Assembly: GCF_000014265.1 (NCBI RefSeq)
Contig: NC_008312.1
Span: 4,470,001-4,502,000 of the forward strand
Length of the DNA: 32,000 nt
Source of the DNA: Trichodesmium erythraeum IMS101
GTDB taxonomy: Bacteria; Cyanobacteriota; Cyanobacteriia; Cyanobacteriales; Microcoleaceae
Direction: 5' to 3'
Shown: piece by piece, positions 23,548-32,000 of the stretch
Position numbering within the stretch: position 1 is the stretch's first letter
How the letters are laid out: each line of letters opens with the position of its first letter
The notes under the pieces: model-generated
Seen by the model: the letters and a program-made list of their open reading frames with translations, nothing else
Database searches by the model: none
What the model was told of the DNA's origin: nothing
Program-made: the position numbers and the translations under genes

Positions 23548-24448
23548 CAGCACTTTGCAAAACTAACTAGTACAGCAATAATAGTAGGTCAAATAATTTT
23601 TGATTTGCTTAGAGAAATATCACTTAATACCCCATTCTAATAGTTTAGTTACTGCTTCTAAGTTTCTAGGCGTAACGCAAAGTAAAGTTTGCTGATAAAT
23701 GCTAGGGTGTTCTTACCATAAACTCTCCATTGGAGAGAGCTCCGATGAGTAGGGAGATAAATACATAATCTTAGTTCCCACAGACTCTAACATTTTTTCA
23801 ATACCCTTGACTTTATGGACTTAAAAGTTTTTCATAACTACCACTGCTCCTGATCATAATTTCAGCACTAACTCTTTCTGGATAAATTGTTAGAAATTTT
23901 TTCTCTTCATTGATTTTCATAAAATTTTGAAAGAATTAGTACTTCTAAAATTGATAGCCCCAATTGACTTTGACTCGACTACCTTAATATTTTTGGTTAT
24001 TAATGTTAGCCTGTTCTCCAATATACTTCTCCAAAAATGCCGATTTTGGAACGGCGTTTCAAAGAGTTAGTAACCTTTTATGAAGATATCTAATAAGCTC
24101 CTGAACATTAGTCTCATCATCCCCAGTCAAACACCCAAGTAATCCAAAAATACCAGGTTTTCGGCATTGCACATCTCTAATAAATCCGAATTATCCTCCC
24201 TTTTTCTTTGATTTTCCTCTCTTAAGGGTTGAGTACTTCTGAAGATTTTTTTCCAGAATTCTATTTGATTCAAAAAAACAGTACATTGTACTCTCACTGA
24301 CCCTAATTCCAATTTTCGAGTACATCTGAATAGATGTCTGTGAGGCTTAATAAGTACTGACAATTTTTTGACTTAGGTCTAAAGATAATGTTTTTTTATC
24401 AAGAAAATTCATATCTTTGATTACCTAAAAGTGTAATGCAAAATGCTT
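23548..24448 (-). mobile_element. IS630 family insertion sequence, heavily decayed with internal deletions (copy 2)
   Basis: Colinear with copy 1 in the same orientation. The left end is CAGCACTTTGCAAAACTAAC and the right end is ...GTAATGCAAAATGCTT followed by TA. The block ttagttcccacagactctaacattttttcaatacccttgactttatgga parallels 22050-22098. About 140 bp shorter than copy 1 and full of stops. Confidence 0.65.
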
Positions 24449-24783
24449 TATTTAGTATAACTAAAATATTTCTTTCAGCATTTTTATAAATATCAACTTA
24501 TATAACAATACAACTATATCACCAAAAACTTTTTATCAAATCTTTAACTCATAAATTTTTATATACTATAGAGTAAATTCTCACCATAAGAAGTATAAAT
24601 ATTAAAGAATATCTAACCTGAACAACCGTAGTTTAAATAAACTTTTGTAGTATATAATTTTGCCAGGCATTACTTTATCTTACTCTTAAGCAAAAAAGAA
24701 GATAAAAATTGTGGTAAAAAAATAGTAGTTTTAGCTAAAATTAACCTACTTTATAAGTATCACTATTATTGTAAAGTTTACAA

Positions 24784-25314
24784 ATGAGCGATATTTATAT
24801 TTCTTGGTCACATTATCATCAAACAATTGAACATCTAGTAGCAAAAATTTATCAATCCCAATGGGAGTTCAATCAAATTGTCTGTTTAGCTAGGGGAGGA
24901 CTACGAGTAGGAGATACTCTTTCTCGTATTTTCAGCAAACCTTTAGCAATTCTAGCTACTTCTTCTTATGGCGACATTAAGGGTCAAAAGCAAGGTAATA
25001 TTAAAATAGCGAAAAGTTTGACTATGACTACAGATAGTTTAGGTAGTCATGTTTTGTTGGTTGATGACCTAGTAGACTCAGGAATTACTATTAAAGAATC
25101 CATTAATTGGCTTCAGAATAATTATGGTCAAGAAATTAAAGAAGTAAAAACGGCTGTTTTGTGGTATAAGTCTTGCTCAATATTTGAACCTGATTACTAT
25201 GTTGATTATTTGCTTGATAATCCCTGGATTCATCAACCCTTTGAAATATATGAACAAATAAATCCTTCTGATTTAACAAATGTCTACATAGATAGTCAAA
25301 TTAACTTGGATTAA
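24784..25314 (+). CDS. phosphoribosyltransferase (purine / xanthine-guanine PRT-like)
   Basis: PRPP-binding loop VLLVDDLVDSGITI, upstream CLARGGLRVGD, and a size of 176 aa. Confidence 0.8.
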   Translation: MSDIYISWSHYHQTIEHLVAKIYQSQWEFNQIVCLARGGLRVGDTLSRIFSKPLAILATSSYGDIKGQKQGNIKIAKSLTMTTDSLGSHVLLVDDLVDSGITIKESINWLQNNYGQEIKEVKTAVLWYKSCSIFEPDYYVDYLLDNPWIHQPFEIYEQINPSDLTNVYIDSQINLD

Positions 25315-25523
25315 ATACTTAATTTACTAGGGATACAGATTTAGGAAAAAATTTTTTGTGCTAAGTTAAAAAAATGCTGATATTAACTAAACTCATATAT
25401 CATCATATTCAAGCTAAAGCTAAATTAGTCAAAAATAGCAAATGCCTAATTTTTTGGCTTCAAGTAGTAACTTGAGCTTTAGTTTGTGTGATATACTTAT
25501 CCATTAATAATAGTCTTTATATA

Positions 25524-25662
25524 TGTATAGCAATCCTAAATTATTTGTAAAATCACTGAACTTCTTGACAAGAGTTTCAACTTCTGTTTATCACGCCTTC
25601 TGATTCCTGTCTCCTCCCTTCTAGTCGCTTATTTTTTTCACAAATTATATAGAATTGCTACA
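25524..25662. repeat. MITE-like element: ~28-nt imperfect terminal inverted repeats around an 82-nt core
   Basis: TGTATAGCAATCCTAAATTATTTGTAAAA (25524-25552) vs the reverse complement of 25635-25662, TGTAGCAATTCTATATAATTTGTGAAAA. About 22-23 of 27 aligned positions match with one 2-nt gap. Confidence 0.35.
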
Positions 25663-25868
25663 TTTGTCTCCATGTTTCCTTTAGTGTTAGATTGCTGAAT
25701 ATTAAAGGTAGAAATAGATTTTTTAATAGCACTATCAAAAACACTATTTAGGAGCAGCCTGGTCATTAACTCCGGGGTTTTTAAAGTATCGAAACTTAAT
25801 TAGACTTGAATTCTTTTTCAATTGAACCATTAACCTATAATCTTCTTCAATTAAATTATTTATTTATT

Positions 25869-26225
25869 ATGTCTACTTCTAAACTAACTTTGAATCTAGT
25901 AGAGGGATCTATATCTTTTGATTTTACCCCTGAGGCGGCAAGAAATTTACAAAGTGCAATAGCTGAATTAATAAAGCAATTAAAATCTGTTGCTGCCAAA
26001 ACGGCTACAGGTAGTTCTGGTAAACCAACTCCACAAAAACCTACGGAATATCGGTATACAGGAGATGTCTTTTTAGAAATCTTTTGTAACCCTAATATTT
26101 GGCCTAGTCCTTTTGCTGCTAAATTATTAATTACTTTGCGAGATGAGCGAATTCGGATAACCACTGAAGCTGAACTTACTAGAGTTTATGATGATATTAA
26201 TCAATATTTAGACCAAAGAGGCTGA
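25869..26225 (+). CDS. hypothetical protein, 118 aa (ATG start preferred over the track's TTG at 25806)
   Basis: MSTSKLTLNLVEGSISFDFTPEAARNLQSAIAELIKQLKS.... A stop-containing paralogous fragment at 28115-28240 begins its homology at exactly this ATG, which supports 25869 as the start. Confidence 0.55.
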   Translation: MSTSKLTLNLVEGSISFDFTPEAARNLQSAIAELIKQLKSVAAKTATGSSGKPTPQKPTEYRYTGDVFLEIFCNPNIWPSPFAAKLLITLRDERIRITTEAELTRVYDDINQYLDQRG

Positions 26226-26356
26226 AAGTGTTCAAACTAATTTTGAATGGCAATTACATGAAGCATAATTCATCGGTTAAATTACAAAATTATTTACCTA
26301 ATTTTTGTGTGAAACTAGTTCTGCAAAGATAGTTTGAATTTTATGATATGTTAAAC

Positions 26357-27690
26357 GTTCGCCATATAGGTTACCCTATCCGACTCGCCTTCAAATTCAA
26401 AACCGTGCCTGACTTTCACCTCACACTGCTCCTCTCCTAGACATTCCGGCGTTGGTGAATTAAGGTATGATTTGAGTTCATAGCGATCGCGCTCTTAGGC
26501 AGAAAAATTATAGAATGTCCAGAATGTCAATCAACTTACATCAATAAAAATGGCCAAAAGAAAGGAAAGCAAAACTACATCTGTGTTTATTGTGGTCCTC
26601 AATTTATTGATTCCTATGAAACTTATACAGGTTATAGTGATCAACTCACAGATGAATGCTTAAAAATATATGTTAATGCTATGGGCTTAAGAGGAATATC
26701 AAGAGTCAAAAAGCTACACCATACTACAATTATCAACTCAATTAAACAAGTAGGACAACTATTACCACGTTCTTACTCTCCTCAAAAAACTCCTCAAGTA
26801 GAAGAGCTAGAAGAATTACAGAGATAATTAGGCTCAAAAAAAACCAAATTTGGGTATGAACCGCAGTAAATCATTTTAAAAAAGGAGTTTTAGAATGGGT
26901 TATTAGAAATCTTAGCGGAAAAACATTTTATCCTTTATGGGAACAAGTTAAAAAATAGGAATGTCCTCCTTTAAATTACAGATGGATGGAAAGTATATAC
27001 CAAGGCCTATTAATGATGGGGATAAAATTATCAGCAAAACCTATATGACCAGAGTAGAAGAAGAAAATACTAGACTTCGGCACTATCTTGCCATATGACA
27101 TCGAAGGACTCTTTGCTACTCAAAATATAACGCGAAGTTAAAGCATTCAATTCACTTACTGATCCAGTAAATATCAATTTTGGGATGTTCCAGTTCCTTA
27201 TAGATATTCATAGCGATCGCTATGAACTCCAATCATAACTTAATTCACCAACGCCGACATTCCTTGTCATGGGTATATCTCTGCCTCAATATCAACATAT
27301 CATCAACAGTTGTTTATTCTTGTATGTGTTTTCAACACCTTCAGACTTAGATTTTATATGCTCTATTTCCATTAAGTCTGTAGGCTTAAAGGTTGCCTGA
27401 CAAAATGTGCATTTATTTTTTTGTCGTCTTAACAGCGTCGTGACTTCTTTCCTTACCCCTGGATATTTACTTATTCTGTTGCTCCAATAACTCCAGTCAC
27501 CTTCATAATGGTCATTTATTACCTTTAACTTTAATGTGCCTGATCAAATAGGAACATCTGAGTCTTGGTTTAGTATATATTCGCCATCATTGAGCAACCA
27601 GTTTTTGGTCTTTTTAACATTGGGGAAATACTTTTTCTGTACCCAGAAGGCTGCCTTATTTCGATGTCTTCTACTCTAGGGGAATTGACC
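26357..27690 (-). mobile_element. group II intron relic (C-terminal maturase/HNH part of the IEP plus a domain V-like hairpin), split by the IS1 element
   Basis: Reverse strand of 27264-27690 translates to ..RRHRNKAAFWVQKKYFPNVKKTKNWLLNDGEYILNQDSDVPI*SGTLKLKVINDHYEGDWSYWSNRISKYPGVRKEVTTLLRRQKNKCTFCQATFKPTDLMEIEHIKSKSEGVENTYKNKQLLMIC*. This is the typical IEP tail: SPYDGDW.YW, LLK.Q.GKC..C, E..HI.P.S.GG...NLQLL. The reverse strand of 26399-26431 reads GAGCAGTGTGAGGTGAAAGTCAGGCACGGTTTT, close to the bacterial domain V sequence as I recall it (GAGCCGTGTGAGGTGAAAGTCTCACGCACGGTTC). No RT domain remains upstream. Confidence 0.55.
26448..27255 (+). mobile_element. IS1-family insertion sequence, 808 bp, decayed, with an intact 8-bp target-site duplication
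   Basis: 43-nt terminal inverted repeats GGCGTTGGTGAATTAAGGTATGATTTGAGTTCATAGCGATCGC (26448-26490) vs the reverse complement of 27213-27255, with 2 mismatches. Direct repeat GACATTCC sits at 26440-26447 and 27256-27263. The InsA-like zinc-finger reading is IECPECQSTYINKNGQKKGKQNYICVYCGPQFIDSY...GLRGISRV, with no start codon (ATA where ATG is expected). The InsB-like part (..TDGWKVY.., ..NTRLRHYLA.., ..KDSLLLK..) is broken by multiple stops. Confidence 0.8.
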
Positions 27691-27739
27691 TATTTTTTCT
27701 ATTTATATATATTATCATTTTTGGGAAAAGTTCACTAAG

Positions 27740-27857
27740 ACTCAGAACGAAAAAAAAATGAATATGTATTGATATATGCGAATTTCAAAAATGTTGTTTT
27801 GCAAGTTGAGAATAAGTTAATAAATTTGGTTTGATAAAAGGTTATTATTAAAATATC
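27740..27857 (+). pseudogene. 3'-terminal fragment of a paralogue of the 28801-30057 acyltransferase gene
   Basis: gaatatgtattgatatatgcgaatttcaaaaatgttgttttgcaagttgagaataagttaataaatttggt... aligns with gaatatttattaatatatataaatttaaaaaatgttgttttacaagttaaaaataagctaataagtttgggt... at 29940-30057, an offset of exactly 2200 bp. The fragment has a stop codon and no upstream coding part. Confidence 0.55.
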
Positions 27858-28114
27858 GTGTCAATTACATAATAATTACAAATTGAGTTTACTTTCAAAA
27901 TAAATTAGCTTTTAAGTTTCTAGCTATTCAGATTAAAAAGATCTAGATTCAGCTATAAAATATACATTCTAGCTAAAATATTTTCCAACAACTTTTCACT
28001 TGCTTCTATCCACGTTATATTAACATAAAATTTTTTTTATCTATAATTTAAGATCGAAAATTATCTTTAATATTGAGTTAACTTAGAATACAATTTGTTT
28101 ATATTTTATTTCTG

Positions 28115-28240
28115 ATGTATATTTCTAAACTAACCTTGAATTTAGCAGTATAATCTATATCTTTTGATATTATTCCTGAAGCTAGAATAAATTTGCAAGG
28201 TTTTATCGCTCAATTAATACAGGGATTAAAATATTCGGTA
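28115..28240 (+). pseudogene. 5' fragment of a paralogue of the 25869-26225 gene, with an in-frame stop
   Basis: atg tat att tct aaa cta acc ttg aat tta gca gta TAA tct ata tct ttt gat att att cct gaa gct aga ata aat ttg caa... aligns codon for codon with atg tct act tct aaa cta act ttg aat cta gta gag gga tct ata tct ttt gat ttt acc cct gag gcg gca aga aat tta caa.... Similarity is lost after about 125 nt. Confidence 0.6.
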
Positions 28241-28800
28241 AGTTTATTTATTCTGAACAAAAAAATAATTTTTTAAAAGTAAAGTCTTAAAAATTTTCTA
28301 GTAGATAAAGATGAAGTAAATAATTATATACTCTTCCTTATAAACCAAAGTCTAACGGGAAAGTATCAGTACCAAATCATAAGTTTTTCTATTCTTCAAC
28401 TCTATGCTTCTCTGTTTCCTGAATCCTAATTCCTCAAGAACTAAATCATAAAGAAAATATATTATAAGAGAGTATTTTTCAACACAATATTAAGATTATA
28501 ATCAGTGGGATAAATTTACTGAAGAATTAATATATTGTAGATATTGTTAGGTAGATAAATACAGTTAATATAAGCAACCTAAAAGCATCTTCTGAACCCA
28601 AATCTGGTTATCAAAAGTAACTTTTTCCAATTTCTCTCTAACCTTTGCTGCATAAGTATCCTCTGCATTCTGTTTTACCTTTATGGGGTAAGCTTTCTGT
28701 CTAAACAGGATTTACCATGACTTTCCTAAAATCATTATTTTTCCCTTATTTAGGTAGAACGAGTCTATAAAAGATTTTTCAATATCAATAAATCTAACAT

Positions 28801-30057
28801 GTGAAACCAATGGAATTAATTACAAATAGTAATGTGTATCAAGAGTATCAACTTTCAAAATTTGATCTTGAGATGGGAGTTTGGCCTTATTATGGTGTGA
28901 TAAATTGGTACAAACATCAAATAGATTCTCATAGATTGAAAGTAGCAATTCAACAAATAGTAGATAGTGTACCAATTTTGGGAGGAAGATTGGTAAAGAA
29001 ATTTTTTTCCCCATTAAAAGTCGTATGTAACCCACAAAAATCTGGTGTTGGTTTTATTCATATTGATCTAGATGAACAGGAAATAAATATTGATAATTTA
29101 TTAGATGCAAGAACTTATATAAAAAATCAATTCAATATTCCCAAAAAATCTGCAGATGCTATTAATAAAGATATTCCATTAATATATGTGATTTTAAATC
29201 ATAATCAAAATTATTATGGCGTAACTCTACTTGTTAATCATTTCATAGCAGATGGTGGAACATATTTTAAATTATTAGAGTATCTTTCTCAAGCATACGA
29301 AGACCTAGAATATGTCTCTAAATCTGAACCATTATTTACAATAAATTTTAATAAAATGGATGATTTTATATCTGCAAGCTTTAAAAAATTATCATGGAAA
29401 GATAAACTTTTCAGTTCAACGTCTTTTATTGTTTTTATACTGAACAGTTTTTTTCAAAATAAGAATAATTGGAGTTATCTTGAATGTATCTTAACCAAAG
29501 AAAAGTTAGATTTAATCAAGGGTAAAAATAAAAATATTTCTAATGAAAAAAGTGCTTATAGCACAAACGATGCTTTATTTGAATTTTTATCAGTTGTTCC
29601 TATTAAACGATTTATTTTTCCTTGTAACTTAAGATATAGAAAGGTTGGCATACCAGAAAATTATTTAGGAAATGCTGAAGCTTTCGTCTTGGATTTAACT
29701 AAACCAGAAAACAATTATATGTTAAAACATACTAATGTCAGAAAAGCAGTCAATCAACTTCCAAAAATATACAGTTTTATACCTACTTTTAATGGCAAAT
29801 ATATGGCTCATAATTCATGGGTAAAATTGCAAAATAATCTACCTGGTTTTGGTGGTAAATTAATTCTACAAAAAATATTTGAATTTGATGATATACCAAA
29901 AGATATATTATCATTATTTTGTAAATCATCCCTGATATACAGATTGACAGAAAATGAATATTTATTAATATATATAAATTTAAAAAATGTTGTTTTACAA
30001 GTTAAAAATAAGCTAATAAGTTTGGGTGTAGAAAGGGTTATTATTAAACAATCTTAA
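28801..30057 (+). CDS. BAHD-type (HXXXD-motif, CAT/condensation-like fold) acyltransferase, orphan
   Basis: The motif series is in canonical order: LSKFDL (aa 18-23), PILGGRL (58-64), HFIADG (147-152, nt 29239-29256), STNDALFEFL (254-263), PENYLGNA (285-292), and NSW..LPGFGGK (338-353, the DFGWG position about 68 aa from the C-terminus). The start is GTG 28801 or ATG 28810. Very AT-rich. Confidence 0.7.
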   Translation: MKPMELITNSNVYQEYQLSKFDLEMGVWPYYGVINWYKHQIDSHRLKVAIQQIVDSVPILGGRLVKKFFSPLKVVCNPQKSGVGFIHIDLDEQEINIDNLLDARTYIKNQFNIPKKSADAINKDIPLIYVILNHNQNYYGVTLLVNHFIADGGTYFKLLEYLSQAYEDLEYVSKSEPLFTINFNKMDDFISASFKKLSWKDKLFSSTSFIVFILNSFFQNKNNWSYLECILTKEKLDLIKGKNKNISNEKSAYSTNDALFEFLSVVPIKRFIFPCNLRYRKVGIPENYLGNAEAFVLDLTKPENNYMLKHTNVRKAVNQLPKIYSFIPTFNGKYMAHNSWVKLQNNLPGFGGKLILQKIFEFDDIPKDILSLFCKSSLIYRLTENEYLLIYINLKNVVLQVKNKLISLGVERVIIKQS

Positions 30058-30271
30058 TCAAGTATATAATAATTACACATTGGCTATACCTGATAAATAA
30101 ATTCAATTAGCTTTTAATCTGCTAGTTATTAAGATTTAAAAAATATAGATTGAGCTCTTAAAATATCAAAAAATTAGCATAACTTCTTTGCACTTGCTTC
30201 TATCCATCTGGGTTATTTTAACAGTAAAGTCTATTTATAATATAGAATGATAGAGAAATTACTATTTAATA

Positions 30272-30676
30272 TTGAGTAAACTTACATTTATGAACCCTGA
30301 TGATCTAACCCAAATAATGCAAAAAGCATTCCGTACTACCCTAGGTGCAACCTCCTTTTTCATGGAAACTTTGCAAGACTCTAGTAAGCGGGATGAAAAT
30401 TTGAATAAATTAAATTCTGATTTTAATCAACTAACTGAGGAGTGGGCTGAAAGAGGTGAGATGACTGAGCAGGAAGCTCGAAGCTTTGTTGATATAATTT
30501 TGAATCAACAAAATACTCAAGCCAATACTGATAGCACAACTGTTTCTTCCAGCCCTAATTCTGCTTCGGGTTTGGCACAATCAGATATACAAAGAGATTT
30601 ATTAGAGCTAACTCAAGAAATAGCTAACCTACGGAATGATTTACAACAATCTCAAGAGTTAGACTCTCAGAACTAA
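30272..30676 (+). CDS. hypothetical coiled-coil protein, 134 aa (the start may be ATG 30290 rather than TTG 30272)
   Basis: ..AFRTTLGATSFFMETLQD..KRDENL.KL...F.QLTEEWAERGEMTEQEARSFVDIIL.. followed by a low-complexity S/T/Q-rich tail and a terminal heptad-like segment. Composition is like the core genes. Confidence 0.6.
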   Translation: MSKLTFMNPDDLTQIMQKAFRTTLGATSFFMETLQDSSKRDENLNKLNSDFNQLTEEWAERGEMTEQEARSFVDIILNQQNTQANTDSTTVSSSPNSASGLAQSDIQRDLLELTQEIANLRNDLQQSQELDSQN

Positions 30677-30831
30677 AGTTTTTCTTAAATTTTTGGAAAT
30701 AAAAAAATATCTGGAACATTATAGGATTCTAATCTATATTTATCTTATTTTCTTATTAAGTTCTGAAAAAGTAGGATAAATCATAGTATCTAACCTAGAT
30801 AAAATATAGTTTAACTAGGTTAGATTTTTAT

Positions 30832-31062
30832 TTAGTCGTTGTCCCATTTTTCTCTGCCTATTAGGTCACCAATTCGGTCCCTAAGTAGAAAGTCACATTC
30901 TTCTAATTCACATTCTACACAAGCCCATTCTCTGGCCGGAATATATCGACACAGAGTATAAATAGGCTGCTGACGACTGAGAACTCCTTTATGTACAAGT
31001 TCTAGTGCTTCGTCCCTGATAATGTCTAAAGAATATTGAATTGTGGTGTAAGTCATGGTCAC
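30832..31062 (-). CDS. small conserved cyanobacterial protein, 76 aa (possibly DUF4327-like, from memory)
   Basis: ..YSLDIIRDEALELVHKGVLSRQQPIYTLCRYIPAREWACVECELEECDFLLRDRIGDLIGREKW.. is non-repetitive with a Cys-containing conserved-looking core. The family name is recalled, not verified. Confidence 0.65.
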   Translation of the reverse strand: MTMTYTTIQYSLDIIRDEALELVHKGVLSRQQPIYTLCRYIPAREWACVECELEECDFLLRDRIGDLIGREKWDND

Positions 31063-31156
31063 CCTCTTGGCCTAGCTTAAGTAATTTTCTGCGCTACGGT
31101 ACTATTTATAATATAATGCAAAATTTGTAATTATGAACATTAAATTTGTCAGTATA

Positions 31157-31275
31157 TATAGTTACAATTTTTTATCTTGTTTTGATAAGAATTTTAAAAG
31201 TAAGAATGCCAACACATTACATTACATTTAGTGTTGTCTAAATTACAGTTATGTGCTAATAAAATTGTAACTATA
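31157..31275. repeat. perfect 15-bp inverted repeat separated by 89 nt
   Basis: TATAGTTACAATTTT (31157-31171) and AAAATTGTAACTATA (31261-31275), located 95-213 bp upstream of the 30832-31062 gene. Confidence 0.6.
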
Positions 31276-32000
31276 AGGTAGTAGCTAATAATCTAAACTT
31301 TCCCAGCCTTCTTACCTGAAATCATCATCTGGCCCATATAAGTTTAATTTTGTTTAATCAAAAATTAGGTGATATTTTTTGATATTTTAGACAGATACTT
31401 GTGAATCTTTAAATATAAAGATCCAGATAGCTTTGGGGCTTTTAGTATTTGTCCATAACAGAAGATATAAGATCTCTCTGATAATATTTCTGGGGAAAAC
31501 CTTTTCAATGTTTACTGACTACTGTATATGATTATACCTTATAGTTTGCCATTTCTTAATAATCTCTTCATGAAATCCTCTGCTACTTGTGTTAGACTAA
31601 TTTTTTGTCCAAAACAATGACCATCAATATATCAATGAGAAGTAAAGGTTCTGATAACCTGAGAAATAAGTGTTAAGAAGTATATCCTGTACAAATGCTA
31701 AATTACGTAAATGATGATTATCTGTACTTGGAGTCAGATAACTTCCTTCTACTTGAATAGAGCCTGGCAAAATTTGAGCAACACTTTCTTTTCTTGTGCC
31801 GAATTCGCTAAATTTTTAACTAAATTGTATGTAGGAGCTAAGAAATAATCTGGTATGTTTTCATTTCCAGGTTGCTAGGTAGGAAAAACCTTGATTTTAG
31901 CTTACCAAATTCTCTGCAAAGATTTATCAATTCGTAATTCAGAAATACGGCCTGGAGCCACCGCGTCACAAACAGTATTAATTGTCTGCTCAGGATCTAC

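Noticed and set aside
24127-24363. 78-aa reverse-strand ORF
   Set aside because: It is a surviving open stretch of the decayed IS630 copy 2 transposase (N-terminal region), not an independent gene.
25856-26164. 102-aa reverse-strand ORF
   Set aside because: It is antisense to the 25869-26225 gene, whose reading frame is supported by the codon-for-codon paralogous fragment at 28115.
28820-29035. 71-aa reverse-strand ORF
   Set aside because: It is antisense within the acyltransferase ORF.

Overview
Cyanobacterial chromosomal window. The evidence is psbN/psbH, ndhM, and 14 copies of the HIP1 octamer GCGATCGC counted by eye. The sequence is AT-rich, and only about 15.4 of 32 kb (roughly half) is intact coding sequence by my tally. 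That architecture resembles a Trichodesmium-like filamentous cyanobacterium, but this is inference and I ran no search. Confident housekeeping genes are aroC (partial), psbN, psbH, tatA, pth, pyrG, a ROK sugar kinase, carB, feoA-feoB, gap, ndhM and a purine-type phosphoribosyltransferase. Several small hypothetical ORFs lie between them. The long spacers hold decayed mobile DNA: a DDE transposase relic (17.4-18.05 kb), two stop-riddled IS630 copies (21.8-24.4 kb), and an 808-bp IS1-family element with an intact 8-bp target duplication, inserted into a group II intron relic (26.36-27.69 kb). One coiled-coil gene is frameshifted (7.0-7.9 kb). The most unusual region is an AT-rich island at about 25.3-30.3 kb. 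It carries an orphan 418-aa ORF with the full motif series of BAHD-type HXXXD acyltransferases. The same island shows a decayed duplication: the 3' end of that ORF plus its downstream spacer recurs exactly 2200 bp upstream, and the 5' end of a neighbouring small gene recurs as a stop-containing fragment. I recognised no rRNA, tRNA or CRISPR array. I cannot show a complete novel multi-gene system. The acyltransferase island and a family of non-coding repeats are the best leads.
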